A stretch of DNA of 64,000 nt from contig NC_086109.1 of the NCBI RefSeq assembly GCF_963921235.1, positions 8,930,001-8,994,000 on the forward strand. Reading direction: 5' to 3'. This DNA comes from Mobula hypostoma (taxonomy: Eukaryota). Made by a program: the position numbers and the translations under genes. The notes below the pieces were generated by a model, which saw nothing but the letters and a program-made list of their open reading frames with translations, did no database searches and was not told the origin of the DNA. Positions 1 through 11,554 of the stretch are shown piece by piece. How positions within the stretch are numbered: the first letter of the stretch is position 1; the number at the start of each line of letters is the position of its first letter.

Positions 1-815
1 TATATGCTCTTTTCCCTCCTATATCTTTCTCTTTCTCTCTCTCCCACCCCTCCCACACACTTCCTCTACCGCTTTCTCCCCTGTCCCTTCTCCCCCCACC
101 CCTCTCACTCCCCTTCCCCCTCCTCTCCCTTCTCTCTCCCTCCCTCTTTCTCCCTCCCCATCTCCCTTCCCCTCTCTCTGCCCCTCCCCTCTACCTCATT
201 CTCCCCTCCCCCTCTCTTTCTCCTCCCCCTCTCTCTCTCCCCATCCTCTCTCTCTCTCCCCATCCTCTCTCTCTCCCCTATCCTCTCTCTCTCCCCAATC
301 CTCTCTCTCCCCTATCGCTCTCTCCCCTACCCCACTCTCTCTCCCCTCCACCTCTCTCTCCTCTTCTGCCTCTGTCCCACTCCCCCTCTTTCTCCCCTTC
401 CCCTCTCTCTCCCTTCCCCTCTCCACCACTGTCTCTCCTCTCCCAACCCTCATCACACCCTCCACCCCTCTCTCACACCCTCCACCTCTCTCTCCCAATC
501 TCTCCCCTTCCCCCTCTCTATCCCTTCCCCTCTCTCTCCCTTCCCCTCTCTCTCCCTTCCCCTCTCTCTCCCCCCTCTCTCCCCTGTCCCCCTCTCTCCC
601 CTGTCCCCCTCTCTCCCTTCCCCCTCTCTCCTTTCCCCCTCTCTTCCTTCCCCCTCTCTCTCCCTTCCTCCCCCCCTCTCACACCCCCTCACACTCCTCC
701 CTCTCAACCATCCCATTTCATAACCTTCCCCTCCTTTTCTCCCCTTGCTATCTCTCACACCCCTCGCTCTCTCTCTGTCTCCCTACTCAGCCTCTCCCCT
801 CTCTCCCACCACCAC
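1..815. repeat. C/T-rich low-complexity polypyrimidine tract
   Basis: Almost exclusively C and T on the + strand (ctctctcccc-type units). Confidence 0.95.
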
Positions 816-876
816 ACTGTCTGTCGGCAGTGTTTGCTCTTGCTCCTGCTGTCTAATGCTTTCATTTCTGTTGCAG

Positions 877-966
877 GTTTCTGGGTTGAGGCCCCATGTG
901 ACGGGCTCTGGCATGTTGTTGCTTTAGTGCTGCCCTGAAGTGTCAGAGCTGTTCCTTCGGGATCAG
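877..966 (+). other. Possible 90-nt non-coding exon upstream of the CpG island
   Basis: ctaat branch, ttcatttctgttgcag acceptor, CAG|gtatta donor; stops in all three frames. Confidence 0.25.
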
Positions 967-1245
967 GTATTAAATTGACAATCTGCTCACTGTTCTGGAG
1001 TGATGGATGTCATGGGATTGTGCAAAGAGTATCAGTTGTGTCCTCCACAAGAATTATATCTTAGTCAACATCAGTAACAGAGGAAGCATTCTGTCTGGAT
1101 GCATTATGGCAACTGCTCTGCATATAACTGTGAGAAATTGCAGAGAGTCATGGACACAGCTCAGTACATCACATTACACAAGCTGGCCTCCCCTCCATGG
1201 ACACTGCCTACACCTATTGCTGCCTCGTGAAAGCAGTCAACATGA

Positions 1246-2023
1246 CACTGGACAACAAAGATTTTGCTTCCTGAATTCTTTTGGGTGCCTCTTATTGATT
1301 TTGGGCTGCTGATCATGAAAATCACTAAGAAATGTTCCTATTATGCACCATCTAAAAAAAACTACAAACGTTTGTATATTTGTTGTTTCAATTCAAATTC
1401 AAGTCAGAATAGCTGATGCCAAGATTAAGGAAGGCATTTCTGTTGATCCACAAATCAAACAGGTCATCAATGATAGGCAGCTTCTAGCGGGACTGGAGGA
1501 AATCACATGGAAGGCATGCAAGGATGTTGTTGAAAATTTTACAAAGCACTAAACTATGTGCAGCTGATTGACAACATGTTTCATGCGACATATCACTAAA
1601 GGTTCATTTTCTGCATTCCCATTTGGACTTCTTCCCTGCAAATCTAGGTGCTGTCAGTGACGAGCATGGTGAAAGGTTTCACCAGGACATTGCGGTCATG
1701 GAGAAACAGTATCAGGGCAACTGGAATCCGTCAATGCCGGCTGATTAGTGTTGGACACTTAAGCGAGAAGCCTCAGACACTGAGTACAAATGAAAATCAT
1801 CAACAAAACATTTTTAGCTTAATTGAACTATTGCAAAGCGTCAGCACTGTTATGCAATTAAACATATTATATTCAGTAACACCTAGTTTCCTCTTTCTCC
1901 CAATTCCTGTGGGATACAAGTGGTCTGAAATTATATTTGTGTTCAGCTTCAAGCGGTCTATCAGAAACCAAAAAAAAAAAATTCCTAGAAAGCAACATTT
2001 CCAAAAGAATTTGTTGTTTAGTG
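1246..2023 (+). mobile_element. Internally deleted CMC/Chapaev3-like DNA transposon nested in a LINE fragment
   Basis: TIRs CACTGGACAACAAA ... TTTGTTGTTTAGTG; 3-bp TSD TGA/TAA. Transposase C-terminal remnants DAKIKEGISVDPQI and SLKVHFLHSHLDFFPANLGAVSDEHGERFHQDIAVMEKQYQGNWNPSM. The flanks rejoin into a LINE 3' segment (aaca-TAA-tcaaag). Family name from recalled CAC..GTG termini and TWA TSD. Confidence 0.7.
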
Positions 2024-3593
2024 TAATCAAAGATGCCACCGACCCGAGACATTCTCTCTTCTCCCCTCTCCCAATGGGTGGAAGGTACAAAAGCCTGAAA
2101 AATGTACCACTACACTCACAGCTTTTGCTCCGCTGTTATATGACTATTGAATAGATCCCTAGTAAGTTGGACTCTTGATCTCACCATCTACCCCGTTATG
2201 ATCTTACACTTTATTGTCTGCCTGCACTGCACTTCCTCTGTAGTTGTTACACTTCATTCAGAGTCAAATCAGGTTTTATATCACCAAGATACGTTGTAAA
2301 ATTTGTTGTCTTTGCAGCAGCAGTACAATGAAATACATAATAACAGAAAAATGTGAATTACTCTAAATTAAATAATTAAATAGTGCAAAAATAGAAATGA
2401 AAAGAATAGTGAGGTAGTGTTCATAGTTTCAATGTCCATTCAGGAATTGGATGGTAGAGGGGAAGAAGCTGTTCCTGAATAATTGAGTGTGTGCCTTCAG
2501 GCTTCTGTACCTCCTACCTGATGGTAACAATGAGAAGAGGGCATGTCCTGGGTGGTGGGGTCCTTAATGATAGATGCTGCCTTTTTCAGCCACCGCTCCT
2601 TGAAGATATCCTGGATACTCTGAAGGCTAGTGCTCATGATGGAGCAGGCTAATTTTACAACTCTCTGTAGCTTACCTCGATCCTGTGCAGTAGCCAAACC
2701 ACACCCCCTCCCCATACCAGACGGAGGTTTTGTTTATTTCTTCAAGGTTATTGCTTTACATTGTTCTTGCTTAATGCACCGTGTAAAGATTTAGTTGTAT
2801 GGACAGTATGCAAGACAAGCTACTCACTGTATCTCAGTACATGTGACAATAATAAACCAATTTCAATCAGATGGACTGTTCACTTATCTCTTCAATGTTG
2901 TGAGGCCCTGCCAGTGATGGTGAATGGTACAGAGAGGCTGTTTCTTATTTTACTGCATCTCAACTTTGTGTACCACAAGTTAAAAATGTGTTAACCTGGA
3001 ACTTTGAAACAATAATCAGAATCAGGCTTATTATCACTGATATGCGTCTTGAAATTTGTTGTTTTGCAGCAGCAGTACAGCTCAGTAGGACGGCACGGAA
3101 AGCACAATGCTTTGCAGGACAGATAACTTGGGTTTGACTCCCGCCACTGCCTGCAAGGAGCGTCACGTTCTCCCCGTGACCATGTGGGTTTCTTTGGTGC
3201 TTTGGTTTCCTTCCACAATCCAAAACCTACCAGATGGTAGGTTATTTGGTCATTGTAAATAGTCCCATTATTAGGTTAAATCGGGGGATTGCTGGGAGGC
3301 ATGGTTCAAAGGACTGGGAGAGCCTGTTCCGCACTGTATCTCACTAAATTAATAAAATGACTATATGTTGCAGTAATACCCACACGTGTTTGTGTCTGTG
3401 AGTATATATATATATATATAGTGAAAAAGAAATCTCCCACTTGGATAATTTGGCCTATGGAATATGAATCAAGTTTGCTATTGAAAGACATATTTTGGAA
3501 AAAAATATCCTTAGGGAACTACTTGATGTGTCCAACTGTTTAGATGAAAACTTCTCAAGTGCTCTCTTTATAGTTCGAGTTTACTGTACCAGT

Positions 3594-3790
3594 CAGTGTT
3601 CCCTTTAAGATGTGTGGCCATGCAGTAGCTGAAATGCTCCAGCGCACATAGCCTTTGTTGCCACGCAGCTGGAATGTTCTTTTTTATAATGTTTTATTAA
3701 AGTGCCGTGCAGTTTTCAGGCCGTGTGAAAATTTCCTGCTCAGAGCAACGGTTGGAGCGTGTGGCTGGAAAAGAAACAGAGGGGACGTCG
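3594..3790 (+). mobile_element. ~190-bp hAT-like MITE (copy 1), just upstream of the CpG promoter
   Basis: Terminus CAGTGTTCCCTTTAAG; a reverse-complement homologue lies at ~30939-31122 (shared gcagttttcaggccgtgt and gcgcacatagcc). Confidence 0.6.
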
Positions 3791-3879
3791 TTGACAGTGA
3801 CCAGCACAGAGTGGCGTGTGCGCTCACACCCATGTGCAGTGAGTGTGTGCACATTTCCTTGTGCAGAGCTACCGTGTGC

Positions 3880-4200
3880 GTGTGTTCGTATCCCCGTGAG
3901 CAGAGAGCACGTCCGTACAGCGAGTGGCGACCCACACCGATCCGCTTGTCACGTGCCTGCCCGCTGAACCCTGACCGCTGACGTCACGGCAGCAATGGCG
4001 CCGCCCCGCCACTTCCTGCGGCGGCCCATTGTTCTGGGGGTGGATGGAGGCGGCGGGGCCCGGCCGGGCCTGGAGTGCCCGAGGCCGGTCAGTGACGGCA
4101 GGGCGGCCCGCTGTGGCAGCGGCAGGCTGGTGGGTGAGTGACTTAGTGGGGCCGGGGCGCCGCTCAGTGCTTCATTAAAGGAGGGAGGCAGGGACCTGTG
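3880..4200 (+). promoter_or_regulatory. CpG-island promoter, presumed USP49 promoter
   Basis: Sharp GC/CpG enrichment. Palindromic CRE TGACGTCA at 3979-3986, YY1-like CAATGGCG at ~3993-4000, GC box CCGCCCCGCC at 4001-4010 and ETS-type CACTTCCTG at ~4010-4018, followed by a strong + strand splice donor. Confidence 0.75.
4010..4133 (+). other. USP49: Probable non-coding first exon of USP49 (start approximate)
   Basis: GC-rich segment downstream of the promoter motifs, ending at donor TGG|gtgagt (4133/4134). No other protein-coding gene is recognisable between here and the USP49 coding exon. Confidence 0.6.
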
Positions 4201-4369
4201 GGACCCGGGGGAAGGTACTCATCCCTTAAACCCAACCCTCAACCCCCTTCACTCTTCAGTCCCCATCCCCAACACTCAACACCCACTCATTCTGAAATCC
4301 TCACTCCTCCTCCCATTCCACCCTGTCCACTTTCGTCCGTCTCCATCTCCTTTCTCCCTGGTCACCCTC

Positions 4370-4960
4370 CTCTACTGATTCTCTCTCCTTGATTCCCCTC
4401 TCCCTGATCCCTCTGATTCCCATCACTGATCCCTCCCGATTCCACCTCCTCGCTCTAATTCTCCTTCAGATCCCCAGATTCCCCCACTCGGAACTCCCCC
4501 AGATTCCTCCACTCTGAAACATCAGATTCTCCCACTCTGATCCCCCCCAGATTTCCCACTCTGATTCCCTACCCAGATTCCCCGCTCTGATCGCTCCCCA
4601 GATTTCCCGCTGTGATCCCCCCAGATTTCCCACTCTGATCCCCTCCCCAGATTTCCCACTCTGATTTCTCCTATTGTGATTTCACCACTCTCTGATTCCC
4701 CCCCTCTGATCTCCCCTGATCCTCCTTCTCTGAACCCCCCCACCTCTGATTCCCCTCTCTCTGATTCCCCCTCTGATCCCCCTTCTCTCAACCCCCCCTC
4801 TGATTCCGCTCTCTCTGATCCGCCCCTCTCTGATTTCCCCCCGATTCTCCCCTTCTCTGATTCCTCCCTCTGATTTCTTCCCCTCTCTGCTCCCGCTCTG
4901 ATTCACCGCCACCTCTGATTTCCCCGCCCCTCTTTGATCTCCCCCCCTCCCACCCTGCTA
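4370..4960. repeat. Degenerate minisatellite (CTCTGATTCCC-like units) at the start of intron 1
   Basis: Dozens of imperfect ctctgat(t/c)ccc / ccagatt(t/c)ccc units with C-rich spacers. Confidence 0.85.
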
Positions 4961-5444
4961 TGATCTCCCCTCAGCCCCACTCCCTCCCTCCGTCTGCCCC
5001 GGGGTGTGACATGGCGATTATGATGCCGCCGCCGTCCGGCAGTAATCCCGCTGCCTTCAATGAGTGCAGATTTATCTCAGTGACTTCAACTTTCAGTCCG
5101 GTGGAAAATCCAGATTTGCGCCTCGACGTGCTCCCCCTCCCCCTGGGCAAGCAACGTAAGGCAAAGCTCCCTTTCTTCCCCCTCCCTCCCTCCCTCGGGT
5201 GTCGTTGCGCCGATCCCATCTCGGCGGATTGGATGAAGTGTTGCCTGTCTGTCGTGTTGCTCTCATGATGGCTCCTGCGCTCGCGTCGCATGGTCTTTTT
5301 GTTGTTGTTGTTGCCGCTTTTCAAACGGTGAATTTGTTTAAATCGCAACGCGCGTGTAAATCGTAGCTGCTTTTACTCGTGTCGGATCCTCCGCGGGCAA
5401 AACCAGGATGGACAGGTCAGAAGCGAATGTTTTTTTTTGTAAAC

Positions 5445-5445
<1 letters not shown>

Positions 5446-5476
<31 letters not shown>
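5446..5476. repeat. (TG)n microsatellite
   Basis: Direct observation. Confidence 0.95.
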
Positions 5477-5477
<1 letters not shown>

Positions 5478-8400
5478 TGGCGAGGTATGGGATCTTGGTG
5501 GCTTCATCGCTACAAAAGGGTTCCCCATGTGTGTACAACGTGTGAACTGTCCCACGCTACCTTTTCGGCATTGTTTCTGGGCGATGGAAGTTGTGATTTA
5601 TGACGCCAGTGTACCATCCTTTGAATTTTCTGCCGTAATCGTTGACAGATGTAGATATTTTTTTCCCTTTGCGTTCTGCTTTTCGTGGACTTGGTGGAAT
5701 GGCTGCGCCCACTGATCTGGTTTAAAAAAAAGCAGGTGGCTGTAACCCGCCACCTTTGAGGGTGAAATGTACCTTGGAGGGTACATTCTCTATTTTTTAG
5801 CATTGAATGGTGTTCTTTTGCAATTTGCCAACATATTCCACATCGAGGTCCGTGGTTATATCAGAGGTGCAAGTTCTGAAAGTGCAAAATGTCAGGGAGA
5901 AACTATGCATACTGATCACCTTGCTGTGGAATTCTTGAATGCGCTGAGCTTTTTGTTTGCAAATTATTCAAGATTATTTAATGTCATTTCCAGTACACAA
6001 GTGTATAGGAGAACTAAATAATCGTTACAGCACAAAAAGAAACACGATAAGATAAAGAATACAATAATTTAAATACATAAGCTAGCTTATATTCATTGAC
6101 TGTATGTCCATGAAGTGACGCTAGGCACAGGAGTGGCTGTACATAAGGTGACTGACAGGAAACGATAAAGTAGTGGTGGTTGGGGATGTGGTGGGGTGGG
6201 TTTGTGGGTGGAGGTGTTTTCCTTACTGCTTGGGGAAAGCAACTGTTTTTGAGTCTGGTGGTCCTGGTGTGGATACTACGTAGCCTCCTCCCTGCTGGGA
6301 GTGGGACTCACAGTCCATGAGCAGGGTGGGTGGGATCATATTTAACTGGCTCTTTTCCAGCACCTTTCTGTATAGTATATGTCCTTTGATAGCAGGTAGG
6401 CATTATGAAGGTGCGTTTTTCTGGTCTTTGGGGAGCAGACATGAGAAATATAACCACAAGCGAAAATGCTATAGGAACTCAGCGTGTCAGGCAGCATCTG
6501 TGGAGAAAAATGGACGGTTGCCAATTTGGGTAGACTGAAAGACATAGGGTTGATAAATATGGGGAGAAAGGATCAGGCGAGATAGATGGATCCAGATGGG
6601 GAGGGGGTAATGACAGGCAGATGGAGGAGGGGCTGGAAATGTTGACTGTCCATTTCCCTCCAGAGATGGTGCCTGACCCACTGATTGCCTCCAGTTTTTT
6701 TATTTAGAAGCAGGTATTGGTTTTGCCACATGGACCAGCGAAGAAACTTGCCTTGTGTAATGGTTATACAAATCAGATTGAGCATCTCCATCAGGACCCA
6801 GGTCCTGGCCTGAAACATCGACTGTTTATTCCCTTCCATAGACGCTGCCTGACCTGCTGAGTTCTTCCAGAATCTTGTGTGTGTTGCTCTGGATTTTGAG
6901 CATCTGTGCAGAATCTCTTGCACCCTGTCTCTCCTGTAACAAGGTGACCAAGTTACAATGAATCTTCAAAGAAAAAAAAAATCACTTGATTTGGCCGCAA
7001 ATGGAATTTAGAGTCCAGTTCTCAGCCCTACGTTTTAAGAGAGATGTAAAAGCTTTGGAGAGGGCTTGTGCAAGTGACTTTAAGGAATGTAGATCTGCTG
7101 GAAATATTGCATTGATTACTTGGGATGGATGAGACTGTGAGAAACTTTGATTAAAGTAGTTAAAATTATGGGGCGATACACAAAGGTTGAAGGAAACTGT
7201 TCCATTTGGCATGGGAGCTGGTGTCAAGAACATGCGGACCTTGAATGTGATTGGCAAAGAAACCAAATGTAAGACAGTGGAGAGTTGATTGTCTGAAGGC
7301 AGATTTTAATTGTAACAAAGAACATACTGTGGAGTGGTAGAGCAGAGTACAGGCCCTTCAGCCCATGATGTGGTGCCGATTATTTTCTTAATCCACCCCA
7401 AGATCAATCTAACGCTTCGCTCCTGCATATCCCTCCGTTTTCTTTCAGTGAGACTCAGGTTCATTTATTTATCACACGTACATCGAAACACGCAGTGAAA
7501 TGTGTTATTTGTGTTAACGACCAGCACACCCTAACAATGTGATGTGGCCAGTCTGCAAGTGCCACATGTTCTGGCGCCAATGTAACATGCTTATCTAAGA
7601 GTTTCTTAAATGTCCCTAATGTATTTGCCTCTACACCACCCCAGTGGTGTGTTCCACGCACCCACCACTCTGTGTAATAAGAATCTACCTCTGACCCCCC
7701 CCCAATAGTTTCATCCCGTCATCTTAAAATGATACCCTTTCTGTATTAGCCATTTCCGCTCTGGGGAAAGGTCACTGGCTGTCCACTGTATCAATGCCTC
7801 TTATCATCTTATATATACTAGCAACATTCAAAGGAGAGCTGTGTAAATATCTGAAAGGGAAGTGGGACTACCTGGATTGTATTTGAATGGAACTACTATA
7901 TATTCTTTGCTGCTCTAGCCTTTTTTTGATCCTTTGATCCCGTTCTAAAAGGCCTCCATCGTTCTCTTCTCCTTTTATCCCAAAATAAGCCCTGTTAGTA
8001 GCAGTTAGTGCGATGCTGTTACAGCTCGGGGCGTTTCAGAGTTCAGTTCTGGTACCGTTCTGTAAGGAAGTCTCTGTACGTCCTCCCCGTGGAAAGCATG
8101 GGGTTTCCCTGGGTGCTCCGGTTTCCTCCCACAGTCCAAAGGCGTACCAGGTAGATTAATTGGTCATTGTAAGTTGTCCCATGGTCACATTAGGGTTAAT
8201 TGGGGTCATGGATTTGCTGGGACGGGGTGACTCGACGTACTGGAAGGGCCAACTCTGCGCTCTATGGTTAAATAAAGACACCAGTGAGTGAGAAATAGTT
8301 ATACTTCACGTCAAAAACCCATCAGACTGCCACCTCCCACACTCAGTTTCCATAAGTCCGTAAGGTCTAGGAGCAGAATTAGGCCTTTTGACCCCTCTGT

Positions 8401-9892
8401 TCACACTGGCTCCTCGTAATCAATGCCTCCATGTTACAACCCTTTCTACAGGACCTTGAGCTTCTTTCTACCTACTGAATACCGATCCAGCATCGCTGTC
8501 CTCCAACTTTCACCGTCATCAATCCTGAACGTACTGGCCACTCTTAATAATAATAACTTATTGATAGATCACTTTTCCTACAGACATTGTCATTCAAATT
8601 GCTTTACAATGGGCTAAAGTGCAAACATGAAAATAAAAGTCAAGATATAAATAAAATGAAAATAAAAGACAAAATATAATTAACTTGAAAATAAAAGGCA
8701 AAAAGCAAGGTTAAATAAGTAGGTTTTAAGCTGGTGTTTAAAAGTGTCAACTGAGTCTGCAACCCTTCTAGTTTTAGATATTGAAATTCCACAGTTTAGG
8801 AGTGTAGTTCAAAAAAAGCTGCCCTGACAAGTATCTTTTGAGGGAGATAGTTTAAATTGACTGAAGAATTCCCGAGAACTTGAGCAGGATTGTGAAACAA
8901 AAGCCATTCTGTGATGTACTTCAGTTTCTGAACATTCAGAGCTTTAAAAACAAGCAAGAAACTTTTAAGATCAATTCTAAAAGATACAGAATCTTCAGCT
9001 GACAGGGCCTCAGGCTCAGGTCTTTTGCATGCTTCTTTGACAGTACAGGTTCACTCTAGGATTTTCCTGGGTTCTGTTCCAGTTAACTGCCCGTAACCTG
9101 AACCGTTCTTGTCAGAAATCAAGCCAGTCAAAGTTCCTACATGGTAGATTCATCCCACTGGTATATGTGTGGGCTGTTCGGAAGTCAGAGTTATATAGCC
9201 ACCCAAACAGGCCTGTTGGTTCAGCCGATCTATGTGGACCAAGGTGTCCCATCCAAACTTGTCCCTTTTGCCCATGTTTGGCCCATAACCTTCTAAACTT
9301 TTCCTTTTTGTGTACCTGCCTCAGTCTTTTAGAAGTTGGTATTGTACCCAACTCAACCACTTCCTCTGGCAGTTGATTCCACATAGATACCACCCTTTGT
9401 ATTTAAAAAAAAAGTTACCCCTCAAGTTCCTATTTAATCTTTCCCCTCTTCTTTAAACCTGTGCCATCTAGTTGTTGATATCCCATCTTGAGGAAAATAT
9501 TATATATTCACCCTGTCTACGCCGCTCATAATGTTATACACCTCTATAAAATCATCTCTCAGTCTCCTACGCGGTAAGCAGTAAAGTCCTCACCTGTCTA
9601 ACCGCTCTCGGTAACTCAGTCCCTCTTGTCCCGGCAACATCCTTGCAATTCTTTCCTTCAGTTAGTAATGCCTTGCCTATTAGCAGAGAGACCAAAACTG
9701 AGCACAGTACCTCTCCAGGTTTTTCTACCTAATGCCCTGACTTAATGAAGGTGGGGAGGACCTGGACCCTTATTCCTCCTTTCATGAATTCTGAAGCACA
9801 CTGAGTGCTTTTGTCGCATTATACAAATGAGCAAGCTTGTTACTGTCTAAATGCACAAAGATACAAAATTATTCTAATAAGCCTGTGATACA

Positions 9893-10721
9893 CAGTGAAT
9901 TTCAGTTAATTGGGACACATCGGGAGCAGGACATTTTGGTCCAACTAAGCAGTTTCCTCAATCAGCCAGAGTTTCGTGGAAATAGTTAAAAAGGTATAAA
10001 AAGATAAACTACTGTTTAACCGAGCAATAGATTATGTATTTAATTTAAATACAGAACAAATTAGAATACTATCAATATTACTACAGTACTATAAAACTGT
10101 GTATTTTACTCCTAATAGTTATCGATAGAGCAACTCATCCAGTGTATGCAGCTGTGTTCTGTTGATTGACTGGAAATGAATAAAATCAGGGACAATACCT
10201 AATACAGGTAATGGACTGCCTTCGTACAATGCTATCGGCAATTGCATCCTCTGCATTTTCATTGTAACTTTCAAGATGATTGTCAATAGCTTCAAATTCT
10301 TTGTAGTTTCTAACTCTTTGAAGTAGTGAAATGGTTTAATTTTCACTCCTGGCCATTTCTGGTATCTCCAAATCTGAATGCTGGAAACCGCAGTCAGCAA
10401 AATAGTCCTGAATTGTCATACTGCTTATCTCTGGACAACTACCAGTGACAAAAATCACTTCTTTTTGAATACAAGCACATGCAGCTGACACTATTTAAAA
10501 ACTGTTTGCTCGAAGCACAGTGTAGTGTCTAACGTGCAGATGTGGACTCATCTGACACTAGTTAGAAACTGACAGCAATCTCCTACCCCAAATAAACAAC
10601 ATTATATCCCAAACAAATGAAGGGAGTCCCGGCTATATTCTCAATTAGTTTTTGTTTTTTAAGAGTTGTCCCATATGTGGCTGCCCTGATTAACCAGTGA
10701 CCCAATTAACCGGATTCACTA
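9893..10721 (-). mobile_element. Tigger/pogo-like non-autonomous DNA transposon (copy 1)
   Basis: TIRs CAGTGAATTTCAGTTAATTGGG ... CCCAATTAACCGGATTCACT; homologous to 25727-26831 and 58164-58973. Confidence 0.75.
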
Positions 10722-11000
10722 TTGCTAAATAGTTCCTTTCATTTCAAAATTCTTTCCTCACAATGCAATTACATAACATAGTTTCTTTTATTTGTTATAG
10801 TCCTTGCAGACAATACAAAAAACATCACCTGCACATTTCATTCAGTTGCTCTTCTTAAAGCAGCACCAACTTTGATAACTGACACCCACACAACTGGCTT
10901 TTTAAAATTCTATTCAGTTGCAGATGAATTCCATTTTTTTTGTTTTTGCCGTTTAATATGTGAGAACATCATATGAATCTTCTGAGTGGAAGCCAGAGCT

Positions 11001-11554
11001 CCAGCAGTAGCCACCTTATTAGGTAAACCTGCTTGTTAATACACATATCTAATCAGCCGATCATGCAGCAATCCCATGCATTAAAGCATGCAGACATGAT
11101 CAAGAGGTTCATTTGTTGTTCAGTCCAATCATCAGAATGGGGAAGAAATATGAGCTCAGTGACTGACTGTGGAATGGTTATTGGTGCCAGATGGGGTGGT
11201 TTGAGAATCTCAGAAACTGTGGATTTCCTGGGATTTTCATGTACAGCAGTCGCTATAGACGCTACAGAGAATTGCGCAAGGGGGAAAAAAATCAAGTGAC
11301 TGGCATTTCTGTGGGCGAAAGCACCTTGTTAATGAGATTGGTCAGAGGAAAGTTGCCAGACTGTTTCAAGCTGACAGGAGGGTGACAGTAATTTAAATAG
11401 CCATGTGTTACTACTGTGGTGTGCAAAAGAGCATCTCTGAATGCACATGTCGAACCTGGAAGTGGATGGGCTACAGCAGCAGAAGACCATGGGCATACAC
11501 TCAGTGGCCACTTTATTAGGTACAGGTGATACTTAATAAAGTGGCCACCGAGTA
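11001..11554 (+). mobile_element. Tc1-derived non-autonomous element (copy 1)
   Basis: TIR CAGTGGCCACTTTATTAGGTA; decayed transposase N-terminus from ATG 11137 (MGKKYELSD..GMVIGARWGGLRISETVDFLGFS ... WMGYSSRRP). Confidence 0.8.

Noticed and set aside
4..723. 239-aa Leu/Ser/Pro ORF and antisense Gly/Glu/Arg ORFs
   Set aside because: Artefacts of a C/T-only low-complexity tract that lacks stop codons.
877..966. Coding exon of an upstream gene
   Set aside because: Stop codons in all three frames.
4370..4960. CRISPR-like repeat/spacer array
   Set aside because: Short degenerate units with low-complexity spacers in a vertebrate intron; no cas genes.
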